From positions 55,988,001 through 56,052,000 of the forward strand of contig CM059432.1 of the NCBI GenBank assembly GCA_030390025.1: a stretch of DNA of 64,000 bases, given 5' to 3'. Every line of letters starts with the position of its first letter. Position 1 is the first letter of the stretch. This document shows, in pieces, positions 62,420 through 64,000 of the stretch. A model generated the notes under the pieces. That model did not search any database. It was given only the letters and a program-made list of their open reading frames with translations, and was not told where the DNA came from. This DNA comes from Squalus acanthias. Its lineage: Eukaryota. Made by a program: the position numbers and the translations under genes.

Positions 62420-63420
62420 ATTAGGTTTCCACCCCTGCCGCACGATTGAAATGGCCCTAACCAAAGTCACAAATAATGTCCACTGACCGTGACCATAATG
62501 CATTATCCCTCCTTAATCTCGGAAATCTTTGAAATGGTCGACCATACCATCATTATCCGATGCCTCTCCTCCATTGTCCAGCTGAATGCGACTGCCCACA
62601 ATCTGTTCCAGTCTTGGCTATCCAATCAGCCAGAGCAGCAGCAGCAATAGCTACTCTTCCAGTCCTCGTATCTTTATCTCCAGAGTCCCCAAGGATCCAT
62701 TCTTGGCCTTGTCCTGTTCCTCATGGGCATGCTTCCTCTTGGCGACATAGGCTCAACATCCACATGTGCACTGACAACACCCAACTCTACCTCTCCTCTG
62801 CCTCTCTCTCAAACCCTCCATTGCCTCTGATATTAAACTGCTTGTCTGATGTGCGGTCTTAGATGATCTGCAATTACCTCTAATTAAATATTGGGAAGAC
62901 CAAAGAAATCGTCTTCGGCCCCCAAGACTCAATCCGTACCTTTGCCACCAAGTCTATCCCCCTTCCCAACCACTGTCTCAGGGTTAATCAAAGTGTTCGT
63001 ACCCTCAGTGTTCTATTTGACCCCGAGCTGAGTTTCAGCTCAATATCCTCTCCGTCGCAAAGAACGGCCTACTTCCACCGCCATAAACATTGCTCACCTC
63101 TACCCCGATCAGCCCACCTGCTGCTAAAACCCTCATCCATACCTCTGTCACCTCCAGACTCGACTATTCTAATGCTCTCGTGGTCAGCCTCTGGGTCCCT
63201 CCACACCTCCAATTTAAAATTCTCATCCTCCATAAATCCATTCAATGGCCTTGCCCTTCCTTATCTCCTCCAAATCTGAAAACCACTTCCCTCCATCCAA
63301 ATTCTCCATTCCTTTGACTGTAGCCTTTTGTACATACCCGCTCCATTTGCCTCACTGTTGGTGGCCATGCCTTCAGCCGCCTAGGCACAACACCCTGGAA
63401 TTCTCTGTCTAAGCCCCTTT
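62420..63420 (+). mobile_element. Degraded L2 RT region
   Basis: HMCTDNTQLYLS, KTLIHTSVTSRLDYSNAL. Confidence 0.85.
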
Positions 63421-63734
63421 AAGCGTAGAATAGCCAACATCATATATCAGGCTAGATTATGGTAGTAAGGGATAATGGAATCAGTCTCCGAATACAAAGA
63501 GGAACAGAGACCAGCAGTGAAGTGTGGGAAGATGCGAGAAAGGAATCTTAATTGGTGGATTGGTGCCAGGGTGTCTGAGGACCAGGAAGGGGTTGTGAAA
63601 GGCGAATCTGTCTTTCGCTCCTAAATATCTAAGAGCGATAAGAAAGTGAAGGCCGTTGTACAAAATTAGTCATTAATGAATGGAGAATTTTTGGAAAACA
63701 ATAAACAGTACTAGTGAGAATGTACACAATGGGG

Positions 63735-64000
63735 AAGTCATAGAGTCATAACGGCACAGAAAGAGGTCATTCGGCCCATCGAGTCCATGCCGGCTCTCTG
63801 TAAGCAATCCAGTCAGTCCCATTCCCCGGCTCTATCCTCGTAGCCCTGCAAGTTTATTTCCCTCAAGTGCCTATCCAGTCTCCCCTTGAAAACATTGAGT
63901 GTCTCCGCTTCCGCCACTTCCGTCGGCAGCAAATTCCAGGTCATCACCACTTGCTGCGTAAAAAAGTTTTTCCTCATATCCCCCCTGTATCTCTTGCCCA
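63735..64000 (-). mobile_element. CR1 3' end, continues beyond the window
   Basis: Matches 7125-7390. Confidence 0.9.

Overview
Eukaryotic (vertebrate) genomic DNA, AT-rich and repeat-dense. The repeat families (CR1, L2, Deu-domain SINE, palindromic Penelope-type elements) suggest a cartilaginous fish (inference). The + strand carries the 3' half of ROCK1 (Rho-associated coiled-coil kinase 1): 15 GT-AG exons with consistent phases from 743 to the TAA at 45848-45850. Counting back from the last exon, they correspond to human exons 19-33 and encode the distal coiled coil, Rho-binding domain, split PH/C1 domain and tail, followed by a ~1.1-1.5 kb 3'UTR. Introns and the downstream flank are filled with CR1, L2 and a second LINE family, SINEs, Harbinger-like and hAT MITEs, and nested insertions. 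Three signals stand out. (1) Two families of short, TSD-flanked, often fold-back retroelements carry minimal type-I hammerhead ribozyme motifs with covarying helices. (2) An orphan, frameshifted TPP2 exon 1, with its splice donor and a ZNF143-type promoter motif, sits downstream of ROCK1. (3) Several candidate ROCK1 alternative exons are present, including an alternative C-terminus and two cassettes in the intron equivalent to the ROCK2m exon 27' position. Exon boundaries were read by eye, repeat boundaries are approximate, and no database searches were run.
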